Positions 9,351-18,076 of a stretch of 64,000 bases of DNA are shown piece after piece. The stretch spans positions 1 to 64,000 of IMG/VR virus record IMGVR_UViG_3300021387_000034; one strand, 5' to 3'. The notes beneath the pieces are model-generated. The model made no database searches and was not told the DNA's origin. It saw only the letters and a list, made by a program, of their open reading frames with translations. The position numbers were made by a program, and so were the translations under genes. Source of the DNA: a virus. Taxonomy: Duplodnaviria; Caudoviricetes. Numbering within the stretch: position 1 is the stretch's first letter; each line of letters starts with the position of its first letter.

Positions 9351-9421
9351 TAGTCGGTATGGTAGTCGAAACCATATTCAAAGAATAAAATCTTTTGTAC
9401 TAACCGTTATACGAACCGACA
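9351..9421 (-). tRNA. atypical or pseudo-tRNA (Gln-like) with a 6-nt anticodon loop
   Basis: 71 nt cloverleaf: acceptor TGTCGGT/ACCGACT, D arm GTAT-AACGGTTA-GTAC, anticodon stem AAAGA/TCTTT with loop TTTTAT, T arm ATGGT-TTCGACT-ACCAT; no encoded CCA. Confidence 0.75.
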
Positions 9422-9513
9422 TTTTTTAAAGCGTGTACCATTTTCACAAACACCACGCTCGAATCTTTCTTTTAAATGTTTAACTTTAAAAAGATTTCTC
9501 ATTTCGCTTTTCG

Positions 9514-9544
9514 CAAAGTTACTTTGTTATGAAATAAAATCCAA
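9514..9544 (-). promoter_or_regulatory. promoter upstream of the tRNA
   Basis: TTGG-N19-TAACTTTG about 90 nt upstream of the tRNA. Confidence 0.65.
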
Positions 9545-9611
9545 TTTTCAACATTCATTAATAACCTAAAACCAAATACTAAAACAAATTTATTCACCTA
9601 AAAACATGATG

Positions 9612-9642
9612 CAAATTTACAATAAACTTTTCATATTTCAAA
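9612..9642 (-). promoter_or_regulatory. second tandem sigma-A promoter
   Basis: TTTG-N19-TAAATTTG. Confidence 0.7.
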
Positions 9643-9678
9643 AAATTCTTTAGTATTTAACACAACTTTAACATTTTA

Positions 9679-9846
9679 TTATCTCCACACCTTAAAGAAT
9701 ATAGCCATAGCCATGTAGAACGTAGCCTTATCGTCGTTGCCGAAGAAATGTAACACCAAGGCAATCATAAAGCAAAGGAATGTGCAAATCCAATCTAAAT
9801 GTTCTCGTTTGATGATTGGAATGTAAAATCTAAATTTCTTTTTCAT
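9679..9846 (-). CDS. small membrane protein (55 aa), paralogue of 11084-11257
   Basis: Manual translation MKKKFRFYIPIIKREHLDWICTFLCFMIALVLHFFGNDDKATFYMAMAIFFKVWR. Confidence 0.7.
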   Translation of the reverse strand: MKKKFRFYIPIIKREHLDWICTFLCFMIALVLHFFGNDDKATFYMAMAIFFKVWR

Positions 9847-9858
9847 ACTTTAATATTC

Positions 9859-10074
9859 TTACAAATATAGTTTATAATGTTTTCTGTCTGTTGTAACGAT
9901 GCGGATTGACTTCGTTTCGCCGCCCTCTTTATATTCGATGGCAATTGCAATCTGAATGTTGTATCGCATTTCAAGAACAGCCAACACGCTTTCATCTGTA
10001 ATAACGTTTTCTGACCAACCATAGCCTTCTTTGTTAAACTCATAGCCCGCATTTACTTGTTTTAATTTTTCCAT
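9859..10074 (-). CDS. hypothetical protein
   Basis: Likely start MEKLKQ within the ORF-track ORF 9859..10209. Confidence 0.6.
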   Translation of the reverse strand: MEKLKQVNAGYEFNKEGYGWSENVITDESVLAVLEMRYNIQIAIAIEYKEGGETKSIRIVTTDRKHYKLYL

Positions 10075-10211
10075 ATCCGTTTGTTGTTTATTATTTATTT
10101 TTTTGACTTCAACAAATAAATCTTTACAATAGTTTTTTCTTCCATTGAGAACATGACAACTACGTGGCACTTCTCTACCTCTAAGTTTCTTACATCGCAT
10201 CACTTTCATAA

Positions 10212-10499
10212 CTATTTTTGTTTGATGATTATTACTTTCGCTTTATCTCCAACCTTACATATTTTACTTAAATCTTCATCTGTGCAAATTTCAAGATGAG
10301 TATAAGCATATATCGAATTGCTGCTATCTTCGACTTCAACAATCTCTGCATCTACATCCTCTTCCACTTCAAGGTTGTCGAGGATGCTTTTTACGTCATT
10401 ATAAGCCCACACTCTTTGATGCCCATAGCAGTCTATTGGTGCTTCCATTATTCGCGTGTTTATCTCCGCTACTAAAGCGTCTTTGTCTATCAGTTTCAT
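10212..10499 (-). CDS. hypothetical phage protein
   Basis: 95 aa, starts MKLIDKDALVAEI. Confidence 0.7.
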   Translation of the reverse strand: MKLIDKDALVAEINTRIMEAPIDCYGHQRVWAYNDVKSILDNLEVEEDVDAEIVEVEDSSNSIYAYTHLEICTDEDLSKICKVGDKAKVIIIKQK

Positions 10500-10516
10500 A
10501 ACTTATTATTGATTTG

Positions 10517-10762
10517 TTACCATATAAAAAATCCGCCATAAACCATCCAAATAAAAAGAATGATTCTGAAATGTTTAAATCCATACCACTTGAAATACCA
10601 TTTTATGTAGTATTTAATTCTACTTTTCCAACGTTTAAAATCGCACACTTTCCCTGTAGAAGGTTTAGTATATGTAATAGTTATTGATGTTGAATATAGG
10701 TATATTTTCCAAGATATATAACACAATGACCACACAATCATAAGAATAAAATTCCATTCCAT
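10517..10762 (-). CDS. membrane protein
   Basis: Hydrophobic N- and C-termini; start MEWNF. Confidence 0.6.
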   Translation of the reverse strand: MEWNFILMIVWSLCYISWKIYLYSTSITITYTKPSTGKVCDFKRWKSRIKYYIKWYFKWYGFKHFRIILFIWMVYGGFFIW

Positions 10763-10766
10763 ATAT

Positions 10767-10988
10767 TTACATCTCCATTGCTTTTTCAAACTTCTCAAGA
10801 AACTCAGTCAGAGAACACTCTGCTTTTATCTTATAATTACCATTGCCCATAGGTAACTCTTTGAGGTTATCTATAAGAAACTCTTCAACCTTGAAAATAT
10901 CAATTCTCTTGTTAGTCATAGTTATTCCTCCTTCTCTTGCCAGTTTAATAGCCTCGTCATAGGCTTTTGCTTTTTCTTCTTGTTTCAT
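10767..10988 (-). CDS. hypothetical phage protein
   Basis: Starts MKQEEKAKAYDEAI. Confidence 0.65.
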   Translation of the reverse strand: MKQEEKAKAYDEAIKLAREGGITMTNKRIDIFKVEEFLIDNLKELPMGNGNYKIKAECSLTEFLEKFEKAMEM

Positions 10989-11083
10989 AATTTGTATTAA
11001 TTTAAAATGTTTTGTACGCAAGCATTATAATTATTACTACAACAAGTAGCAACTATCATTAATACACACATATCTTGTGGTAG

Positions 11084-11257
11084 TCATAACTTATAGCAAA
11101 GATAGTTGAACATGCCACAAATCAACCAGAACGATGCTTTATCAATATCGCCGTACCAATAATGAACGATGGCATCAACGATACAAAGCACGGCCACAAT
11201 CTTAGCGATTTTATCTCCGCTAATGATAGGCAAGTAATAACGAAACTTTTTCTTCAT
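11084..11257 (-). CDS. small membrane protein (57 aa), paralogue of 9679-9846
   Basis: Manual translation MKKKFRYYLPIISGDKIAKIVAVLCIVDAIVHYWYGDIDKASFWLICGMFNYLCYKL. Confidence 0.7.
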   Translation of the reverse strand: MKKKFRYYLPIISGDKIAKIVAVLCIVDAIVHYWYGDIDKASFWLICGMFNYLCYKL

Positions 11258-11267
11258 AACTCAATAT

Positions 11268-11651
11268 TTAAAGTTTATACATACCATCAGGTGCAACAAT
11301 TGCAAGCCTTTTGTATATAAGTCTCCGATAGTCAAAATGATGAGCATTAAGCCAATCAAAGGCTTCTTCCGTACAAGGAAATACACCTTTTTCATATCCA
11401 TTAAGGTTATTATACTCCTCCTCTTCTTCATCAGTCATACTTGACATTGGACGAAGGTATGGTTTGATACCGTGAATACCCCAACCATTTATAGCCCATT
11501 CACCATCGTCACACTGCCTTATTTCTTTAAGAGTTTGCTCATAATCCCAACGAAAGCCATTGGAAGTGAACATTATTCTAACCCCATAAGGCAACCTTGC
11601 ACAAAGGTCTTTTAACAATAAATCTTCTTCTTCTTTAGTCATTTTAGCCAT
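11268..11651 (-). CDS. hypothetical phage protein
   Basis: 127 aa, contains LLKDLCARLPYGV and IKPYLRPMSSMT. Confidence 0.75.
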   Translation of the reverse strand: MAKMTKEEEDLLLKDLCARLPYGVRIMFTSNGFRWDYEQTLKEIRQCDDGEWAINGWGIHGIKPYLRPMSSMTDEEEEEYNNLNGYEKGVFPCTEEAFDWLNAHHFDYRRLIYKRLAIVAPDGMYKL

Positions 11652-11654
11652 AAC

Positions 11655-12092
11655 TTAAATCTTTTTGTATTTTTCAAATTCTTTGTTTGCGTCATACCCC
11701 ATAGCACTTGTGCAAAGGCTATCGCAAAGTTCATTGTAAAAGTCGCCGCTATAACCTTTGACCCAAAGAAATTCGATGTCAAGGCACTCGCGTTTTGCCA
11801 GCACCTTATCCCACGCATCGAACAAATCCAAGTTGGCATTGCGATTCCAATTACCATTTAGTGTGTTAAGTGCATACATCGAGTCTGAAATGATTTGCAC
11901 CCTTGTAGCATCTTGCGGCAATTTGTGTACCGCAGCAATAATGGCTTTCAATTCCGCTCGGTTGTTTGATTCCTTGCTAATCTTGTAAGCCTTGCGCATG
12001 ATTTCAACATTATCTTTGACGATGACAAATGCAAATGCGCCTTCATCGTTCTTTTGTGAATATGCGCCGTCGGTAAAAATCGTATAGTTCAT
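11655..12092 (-). CDS. rnhA: ribonuclease HI
   Basis: IFTDGA, NNRAELKAII, SDSMY, WVKG..G..YNELCDSL: all four acidic catalytic residues present. Confidence 0.9.
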   Translation of the reverse strand: MNYTIFTDGAYSQKNDEGAFAFVIVKDNVEIMRKAYKISKESNNRAELKAIIAAVHKLPQDATRVQIISDSMYALNTLNGNWNRNANLDLFDAWDKVLAKRECLDIEFLWVKGYSGDFYNELCDSLCTSAMGYDANKEFEKYKKI

Positions 12093-12095
12093 AAC

Positions 12096-12482
12096 TTACG
12101 GTTTATATAGTTTAAAATTATATCTTTGCATAAAGAAATCATACACCCATTGCGGCCAGTCGTCGTGATCCTTAATGTGTTGTTCAAGTGTACTAACGTA
12201 ATGTTGTATGTATTCAATTATAGTTTCGTCAGGTACCTCGCCGCCTTGTACGTGATAGCGTTCTTGAATATAGTCGCAATCGGCCTTTAATTTTGGCGAC
12301 AGAACCATTCTTTCGTCACCACCTTGCATATATACCACCGCAAGTATTTTAGCGGCTGTATCGCGGCTTATCATGTTAAATTCGTCATTTCCTTGCAATA
12401 GTTCATTTACACTATTTGCGGTTGCAAGCATTTGACGATAAAGTTTCATGCCGTCATCCATATTATTCTTCGTTTTCGTCAA
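12096..12482 (-). CDS. hypothetical protein
   Basis: 128 aa, in operon. Confidence 0.7.
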   Translation of the reverse strand: MTKTKNNMDDGMKLYRQMLATANSVNELLQGNDEFNMISRDTAAKILAVVYMQGGDERMVLSPKLKADCDYIQERYHVQGGEVPDETIIEYIQHYVSTLEQHIKDHDDWPQWVYDFFMQRYNFKLYKP

Positions 12483-12849
12483 TACCTAAAATGTCACGAT
12501 AAAAGTTGAGTGCTTTACGTGTGGCTATGCTTGCTTTATGAGCTTCTTGCCTACGTCTTTTCTCTATCTCGAATTGATGGTGTCGCTCGCGTTTTTCGGA
12601 TTTTTCCTCGCGTCTTGCTTTTTCTTGCATGTAGATAGTATTGCGAATGTCGTTATCGTCAAGTATCATTGCAATTGCCTTTGGTTGCTTTAGCAAGTGT
12701 TCTTTAACAATTTCTTGCAATACCCAGTCTTTTCGTTCCAATATACAATCACGCAAATCCTCGTTATTAACAAGAAATATATGCCGTCCTTTTTCGTCTT
12801 GCCCTACGACATCTTTAATCTTTAGATGTATTTCCATAATAATCTTCAA
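12463..12849 (-). CDS. hypothetical protein
   Basis: 128 aa with a charged helical C-terminus. Confidence 0.65.
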   Translation of the reverse strand: MKIIMEIHLKIKDVVGQDEKGRHIFLVNNEDLRDCILERKDWVLQEIVKEHLLKQPKAIAMILDDNDIRNTIYMQEKARREEKSEKRERHHQFEIEKRRRQEAHKASIATRKALNFYRDILGIDENEE

Positions 12850-13246
12850 GTTTAAGTCCTAATTTGTTACAACGTTCACGAATAAGTTTTGCCTCCAAAA
12901 ACGGGTTACAATGAATATCTTTGTGACAATCATGGCAAAGGCATTGCATGTTGTTTATATCATCGGCAAATTCTTTGAACCTCGCAAGAGGTAGAACATG
13001 GTGTAATTCGCAGACATTGTAATCAATTTCTTTGCCGCATCTTTCGCATTTGCCTTCCTCACGTTCCCATAATTTGCGCCGTAGTTGCGGAGTCTTTAAG
13101 CAACCAAAAATATCATCACGTTTGTTTCTTGCTTTAAGTCGCAAATTCCATGTGATATAAATTCGCAAATTACCAAACTTAAATAGTTTCTTGAAAGTCT
13201 TTCGATTCCAAATTTTGTTTGCTTTAAGTCTTCTAAACTCTTCCAT
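12815..13246 (-). CDS. HNH endonuclease
   Basis: CERCG...ELHHVLP...NNMQCLCHDCHKDIH. Confidence 0.85.
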   Translation of the reverse strand: MEEFRRLKANKIWNRKTFKKLFKFGNLRIYITWNLRLKARNKRDDIFGCLKTPQLRRKLWEREEGKCERCGKEIDYNVCELHHVLPLARFKEFADDINNMQCLCHDCHKDIHCNPFLEAKLIRERCNKLGLKLEDYYGNTSKD

Positions 13247-13261
13247 AAATATTTGACTATT

Positions 13262-14032
13262 TTATATTATGTATTTTCTTGTGAGAAAGAAAAATAAAGT
13301 ATTTACATATAATTCTTTTTTATTGAAAGATGAAAGAAAAATATAGGTAGATAAATCTATTGTCTCTTCTTTAAATCTAATTTCAAGAGGTTTTTTTAAA
13401 TTTCTGTCGTATATATTTGCAACACCTACATGTAATACACTGAGATTAAAAGAATTACCTATAAGTTTATCCCAAACCAAATCATCCACCTTTACACAAA
13501 CTGTGTCGTATATAAACCATTCATTATTTAATTCACATAAACCACTAAGATTGTATTCTATTTTGTTTGCCTCATTATGTATAATATCTATCAGTTGTTT
13601 TAAACTTTCCTTGCCGAAACAACCGTTTTCACCATTCAAAACATAATCCAACTTTTTTTTGTAAATTTTGTAAAGCGATTGAAAGTTTAATTCTAATTTT
13701 TCATTTTGTCTCTTGCCTTTCCTTATTTTTATCCTATTCTTTTTTTCTTTTTTTGGTTTTTGTAATAACATAATATTAAGAGCATTAGGATATTCATTGA
13801 TATATTTCTTTTCAAGTGAATCAAGTTGACTTTCTTCACAAAATTCAAGAACAACATAATCCCAATACATTAAAGATGGATATTTCTTCCTTTCCTCGTC
13901 AATTTTACAACCAGCATACCGACTATTAAAACGAAGAAAACTCCTCATTCTTTGTTTTAAGTCTTTTGCTTGACCAATATAAACATTTCCTGTTTCTTTA
14001 TTAGTCCACTTATATATTCCTGTATTTCCCAT
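13262..14032 (-). CDS. GIY-YIG endonuclease-domain protein
   Basis: TGIYKWTNKETGNVYIGQAKDLKQR; very AT-rich gene. Confidence 0.8.
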   Translation of the reverse strand: MGNTGIYKWTNKETGNVYIGQAKDLKQRMRSFLRFNSRYAGCKIDEERKKYPSLMYWDYVVLEFCEESQLDSLEKKYINEYPNALNIMLLQKPKKEKKNRIKIRKGKRQNEKLELNFQSLYKIYKKKLDYVLNGENGCFGKESLKQLIDIIHNEANKIEYNLSGLCELNNEWFIYDTVCVKVDDLVWDKLIGNSFNLSVLHVGVANIYDRNLKKPLEIRFKEETIDLSTYIFLSSFNKKELYVNTLFFFLTRKYII

Positions 14033-14070
14033 TAACTGCTGCTATATATATGTTTTGCAAAATAGAAATC

Positions 14071-14922
14071 TTAGCAAAATTTGTTCCAAAAACCATCACC
14101 ATCCAATTCGCTACTTGTTTTTGCCACAACTTTATTTGTGCGCTTGTAGTTATAGATAACGTTCTTGAAACTTTCGCTTACTTCACGCTTTAGAATAGAG
14201 TAACCGCGACCAAGAATCCACCAACCGCTCCAAGTTCCGTGTTCAACACTATGCCAAACAGTAAAATTATGCTTGTGATTCTTTCGGTATTCGCTTTCGG
14301 TCTTTTCATTAAGTACAGGGATAACACATTCGGCTACAATCGGTGTCTTGCTTACTATATTGTTATCTTCCATCTTATCAATATACCTACTTACGGATGA
14401 TTTGCTCATTCCGATAACCTTTGCCAATATACGCTGTGGCATCAAATGTGTTGTGTTCTGTTTCGTGGCAATAACCTTTTTGTTTCTGCTGGTATTAAAG
14501 CCGTCATGTTCACTTGCATTGATAGCGCATAAGAGTAAGGTGTTTCGTAATTCACGCACCAACTCGCGTAGTATCATGCCATCCTTGACTTGCAGTTTTC
14601 TGCAATAGTCAGCTTTGGCAGCATATTTTTGTCTCTTTCCGTAGTATTTCGTTTCCGTAGATTTGAAAGACTTTGCAAAGATACAATCTTTTCTTTCGTT
14701 ATAGATAAATAAATTGCTTGTTTTTAGGCTTTCTTTTAGGCGTAGTGCCTTTTTGTATGACACACCGAACAACTCCATCAACGATGTAACGTTAAGCCCG
14801 TACAAGCAAGAATTTTGATGTTTGGATTTTATTATAATTGCACACGCCAATAGTTCAAGCAAGTTTTTGTCCTGCTTGCAAACCCGAATGAGGCTAATTG
14901 GTATGTTCATTATCTTTGTCAT
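14071..14922 (-). CDS. winged-helix DNA-binding protein, possible replication initiator
   Basis: PQRILAKVIGMSKSSVSRYIDKM HTH; start moved to MTKIMN because the upstream part is a hairpin leader. Confidence 0.6.
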   Translation of the reverse strand: MTKIMNIPISLIRVCKQDKNLLELLACAIIIKSKHQNSCLYGLNVTSLMELFGVSYKKALRLKESLKTSNLFIYNERKDCIFAKSFKSTETKYYGKRQKYAAKADYCRKLQVKDGMILRELVRELRNTLLLCAINASEHDGFNTSRNKKVIATKQNTTHLMPQRILAKVIGMSKSSVSRYIDKMEDNNIVSKTPIVAECVIPVLNEKTESEYRKNHKHNFTVWHSVEHGTWSGWWILGRGYSILKREVSESFKNVIYNYKRTNKVVAKTSSELDGDGFWNKFC

Positions 14923-15115
14923 ATTTACACACCCACAAGAAAATTGCCCATTGGAATCTTCCAACAGGCAACCCTTGTGGTTCGTCGTAATGTCAGAAGA
15001 CTTGCTTTTGCAAGGTGGAACATTCCGCAACTCCGACGATAGTATGTAAATATTTCGTTATCACAACGCTACTCAAATGTCTCGCTTGCAGGTGTTCCAC
15101 TTCCTTTAAGCAATG

Positions 15116-15146
15116 CAAAGATAGATATAAGTTTTCATATTACAAA
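15116..15146 (-). promoter_or_regulatory. sigma-A promoter followed by a structured leader
   Basis: TTTG-N19-TATCTTTG. Confidence 0.75.
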
Positions 15147-15179
15147 ATATTTGGCTAAAAATTAACGTTTTTTACATCT

Positions 15180-15599
15180 TTATTCTTTTTCATCTATCTT
15201 TGTGAACTTGAACTTTGCGCTATATTGGCTATTGTATGTAGATACCCAACCGACAAAGCAATGACCACGTTTAAGCGACACAATCTTTATCGTCACAAGA
15301 ACAAGCGTATCATCGTCAACGTCACACAAAAGTATCTTGTTGCCCTTTATAGTGTAAGTAAACGTAGATACACCGCCATCGTTTGAAAGCAACGCTAAAG
15401 TCTTGCCATGTAATGTTTCTGACATAAACGCCCACGCTTGCGCATCGTCGCCATCGCAAGGAACCCATTGCTTTGTATTTTCGTTAAAAGCCTCGGTAAC
15501 AAGCCAAATGCCTTCAACGTCTGATTGCTTGTATTGTTGCGCATAAGTCGTAGCCGTTAACAACAAAGCGCACAAGATTAATAATATCATTTTCTTCAT
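15180..15599 (-). CDS. secreted beta-rich (lipocalin-like) protein
   Basis: Signal peptide ending in AYA-Q; V.G.W...E motif near the mature N-terminus. Confidence 0.6.
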   Translation of the reverse strand: MKKMILLILCALLLTATTYAQQYKQSDVEGIWLVTEAFNENTKQWVPCDGDDAQAWAFMSETLHGKTLALLSNDGGVSTFTYTIKGNKILLCDVDDDTLVLVTIKIVSLKRGHCFVGWVSTYNSQYSAKFKFTKIDEKE

Positions 15600-15603
15600 A
15601 ATT

Positions 15604-15765
15604 CTATTTCTTTAAACCCCAACGAATCAAGTCAAGCATAATAAAAAACACAAATGCAATTACACAATCAAACCAAAATGGTTTGTCGTATTTTGAAAAC
15701 CATGTACATTGCAACCATAGCAAGAACAATGGAACTTTCCATGCCAATTCTTTTAAAAATTTCAT
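15604..15765 (-). CDS. small membrane protein (53 aa)
   Basis: Manual translation MKFLKELAWKVPLFLLWLQCTWFSKYDKPFWFDCVIAFVFFIMLDLIRWGLKK. Confidence 0.6.
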   Translation of the reverse strand: MKFLKELAWKVPLFLLWLQCTWFSKYDKPFWFDCVIAFVFFIMLDLIRWGLKK

Positions 15766-15769
15766 AATC

Positions 15770-16153
15770 CTATTCTTTTAAATCAGTTCCATATATCAAT
15801 TCGCAGAAATCATCCCATTCCTTTTCATCCTCGCTTGTATATCCGTACTTTGCATCATGTACATGCGGCACAAGCGTTGTGTTTAGGTTAAATGTGTGTA
15901 TAGCCCTCTTGATAGCTTTCTGCTTTTCCTTACCTTTGAAATTATCACCAAGCATTTGTGTGAGGTTCAAGCAAGCTTCATTGAATCGCATTGCGTTAAG
16001 TTGCCGTTCCTTGTCAAGTGCATCCGTGTAGCATGAAAGCACAAAGTTTACGTTAATCTGTTTCTTGTAGAGTAAGTCCACAAGAATGTACTCGAATGGC
16101 ATATTGTCGTTGTAATCAAGTTTCTTGATGTCTCCAAATTTAAGCATAGTCAA
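15770..16153 (-). CDS. hypothetical protein
   Basis: 127 aa, in operon. Confidence 0.7.
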   Translation of the reverse strand: MTMLKFGDIKKLDYNDNMPFEYILVDLLYKKQINVNFVLSCYTDALDKERQLNAMRFNEACLNLTQMLGDNFKGKEKQKAIKRAIHTFNLNTTLVPHVHDAKYGYTSEDEKEWDDFCELIYGTDLKE

Positions 16154-16404
16154 TCCTCCATAATTTCCATTGAATAATCGTTACATTCAAACTTATCACC
16201 CAATTTGTGCGTGTTACACCATCGGATAGCGTCATTCGTTTCTTTCACGTTTTGGCATACGGCAAACACACTTTCGCCAACCTTACCAATCATGATAAAC
16301 TTTTCGGTATTGTTCACTTGCTTATTGATAAACTTAATCTTTTTCATAATGCTATTATATGTTTTATTTGTTTCCTTTTCGTTTAACGTGATTTTTAAGC
16401 CCAC
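16150..16404 (-). CDS. hypothetical protein
   Basis: True start is probably the internal MKKIKF. Confidence 0.6.
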   Translation of the reverse strand: MGLKITLNEKETNKTYNSIMKKIKFINKQVNNTEKFIMIGKVGESVFAVCQNVKETNDAIRWCNTHKLGDKFECNDYSMEIMED

Positions 16405-16475
16405 AGAAAGCGTTTCTTGTATAAAGCGGACTTACCCACCTTACACAAGAAAAACGCTTAGAAAGCCTTAAATCG
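16397..16475. repeat. dispersed degenerate palindromic element, copy 1
   Basis: AAGCCC...CTTAAATCG with internal stem AAGCGTTTCTTGT/ACAAGAAAAACGCTT. Confidence 0.6.
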
Positions 16476-16765
16476 TGCTTAAATCAATCGTATGCGTTTC
16501 TACATAAGGTGAGCTTTCCCTCGTAGCCGCGACGTTTCAGTTCTGCCATCAACTCACGCGGTGTGAAATCCGAAAGGCACAACTTGCGGTTTTCGGCTCG
16601 CAAATCATCAACTTTCTTTTTCTGTTCATCAATGCGTTGTTGACGTTTTTATGCACGATGTTGTTTGTCACAATCAAGACAGATTGACACATAGCCATAA
16701 CGTCCTCTTTTGAAATGGTCTAAACTTAATTCACGACCACAACACTTGCAACACTTTATTTCCAT
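16468..16765 (-). pseudogene. disrupted CxxC...CxxC (Zn-binding) protein gene
   Basis: MEIKCCKCCGREL...CLDCDKQHRA*KRQQ...RGYEGKLT; in-frame TAA at 16649-16651 and one extra base near 16506 before YVETHTIDLSTI*. Confidence 0.7.
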
Positions 16766-16777
16766 AATTGTTTCGTT

Positions 16778-17011
16778 TTATTGTTTAACCAAGAAATACT
16801 CACACACACGCTTTTTGTTCGGAAACGTGATAATCTTTTTGCCGATATTCAATCCCCTTTCTTTCAAATCGTGTACTCTACTTGCAAGTCGTAGGCATCC
16901 AAATTTTTCAAGAGCTTCAAGACTTGTAATCGAATAACCCATCTTTAACCAGTCTGCAATCATGTTGCATTGAGTCCTACTTTCTTTTTCGTTCAAATTA
17001 ATGTTTGCCAT
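16778..17011 (-). CDS. helix-turn-helix protein
   Basis: SITSLEALEKFGCLRLASRVHDLKERG. Confidence 0.75.
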   Translation of the reverse strand: MANINLNEKESRTQCNMIADWLKMGYSITSLEALEKFGCLRLASRVHDLKERGLNIGKKIITFPNKKRVCEYFLVKQ

Positions 17012-17033
17012 AAATCTTTTACTTTTTGTTAAA

Positions 17034-17222
17034 TTATACGTTTTGTTTAATTGTGTTTCTGTATGCGTTAAAAATTAACATAAATCGAGGATTGTTGTGA
17101 GGGTCGATGTTATACACTTTATACCAATTCCATGTACTACCACTGAATTTTAGTTTTGGGAACGCATTTTTAAGTAGTCTTACATATTGTTCCCATATTT
17201 GGTCGTTATTTTTGTTTTTCAT
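17034..17222 (-). CDS. hypothetical protein
   Basis: 62 aa, overlapping stop/start with its neighbour. Confidence 0.6.
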   Translation of the reverse strand: MKNKNNDQIWEQYVRLLKNAFPKLKFSGSTWNWYKVYNIDPHNNPRFMLIFNAYRNTIKQNV

Positions 17223-18064
17223 ACTGCATCGTTGTTTTGATTGTTTGCATACGTCTTAACGGCTTTTCGTAGGTTTGCAATAGCACTTGCAAGTTTAACT
17301 TGCGCAGCCCTACATTCAACGTCCGAAAAATCCCATCTAACAAAAAGTGTACTATCAAGTTCTCGATAATCTTTCATCATTATTAAAACCCGCTGCCGTA
17401 CACCATCTTTCGTTGTTATACCTTTCCAATCCCATTGCGTCAATTCACCTTGTGTCGCATTTGGGAACACATTGCGCAACACCTTTACAAAAGCCTGTAC
17501 GTCACGGCTTTCTAAGTGTCGGCGGTTCTTTGTCGTACCACGTTTCACGTTTTCTTTTTCTATTTGTTCTTTAGTTTTTTGTTCGTATGATTCTCTCCAT
17601 TTATCACTTGCGCCACCCGTAACCTCACCACGTTCACGCTTTGCGGCCAATGCTTGTTTCGTTCGTATTGATACAATCAATGCTTCGCGCTCAGCAAGTG
17701 CAAAGAAAAGCGTAAGCGTAAATTTGTCGGTATGCGGTAAATCACAAAACATGATATTTCCGTCACCCATTTTCTCATATACTTGCAACGCTTCAATAGT
17801 GTTACGAAATCGGTCTGTCTTTGCAATAATCAAAACGGCATTATTTTCCCTTGCAAAGTCCATAGCCTTTTTAAGTTCAGCGCAACCACTAAGGTCAGTA
17901 CCTGTGTAACATTCCTCGTAATCGGCAATCCAATCACCACCATCACGCTCGATAAAATAACGGATGATTTCTTTCTGAGCCTCAAGGCCGAGACCAGATG
18001 AACCTTGGCGTTTTGTACTTACTCTTCGCCAACTAACATACTTTTTCATACTACTATTATTCAT
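17219..18064 (-). CDS. small serine recombinase (resolvase/invertase family)
   Basis: YVSWRRVSTKRQ (catalytic Ser), LIIAKTDRFRN, ERE.LIVSIRTKQAL; no large-serine recombinase/Zn domain. Confidence 0.85.
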   Translation of the reverse strand: MNNSSMKKYVSWRRVSTKRQGSSGLGLEAQKEIIRYFIERDGGDWIADYEECYTGTDLSGCAELKKAMDFARENNAVLIIAKTDRFRNTIEALQVYEKMGDGNIMFCDLPHTDKFTLTLFFALAEREALIVSIRTKQALAAKRERGEVTGGASDKWRESYEQKTKEQIEKENVKRGTTKNRRHLESRDVQAFVKVLRNVFPNATQGELTQWDWKGITTKDGVRQRVLIMMKDYRELDSTLFVRWDFSDVECRAAQVKLASAIANLRKAVKTYANNQNNDAV

Positions 18065-18076
18065 ATTTGGGTTGTT

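Noticed and set aside
17219-18064. Integrase
   Set aside because: Too short and lacks the recombinase and Zn-ribbon domains of large serine integrases; no att junction or host DNA in view.
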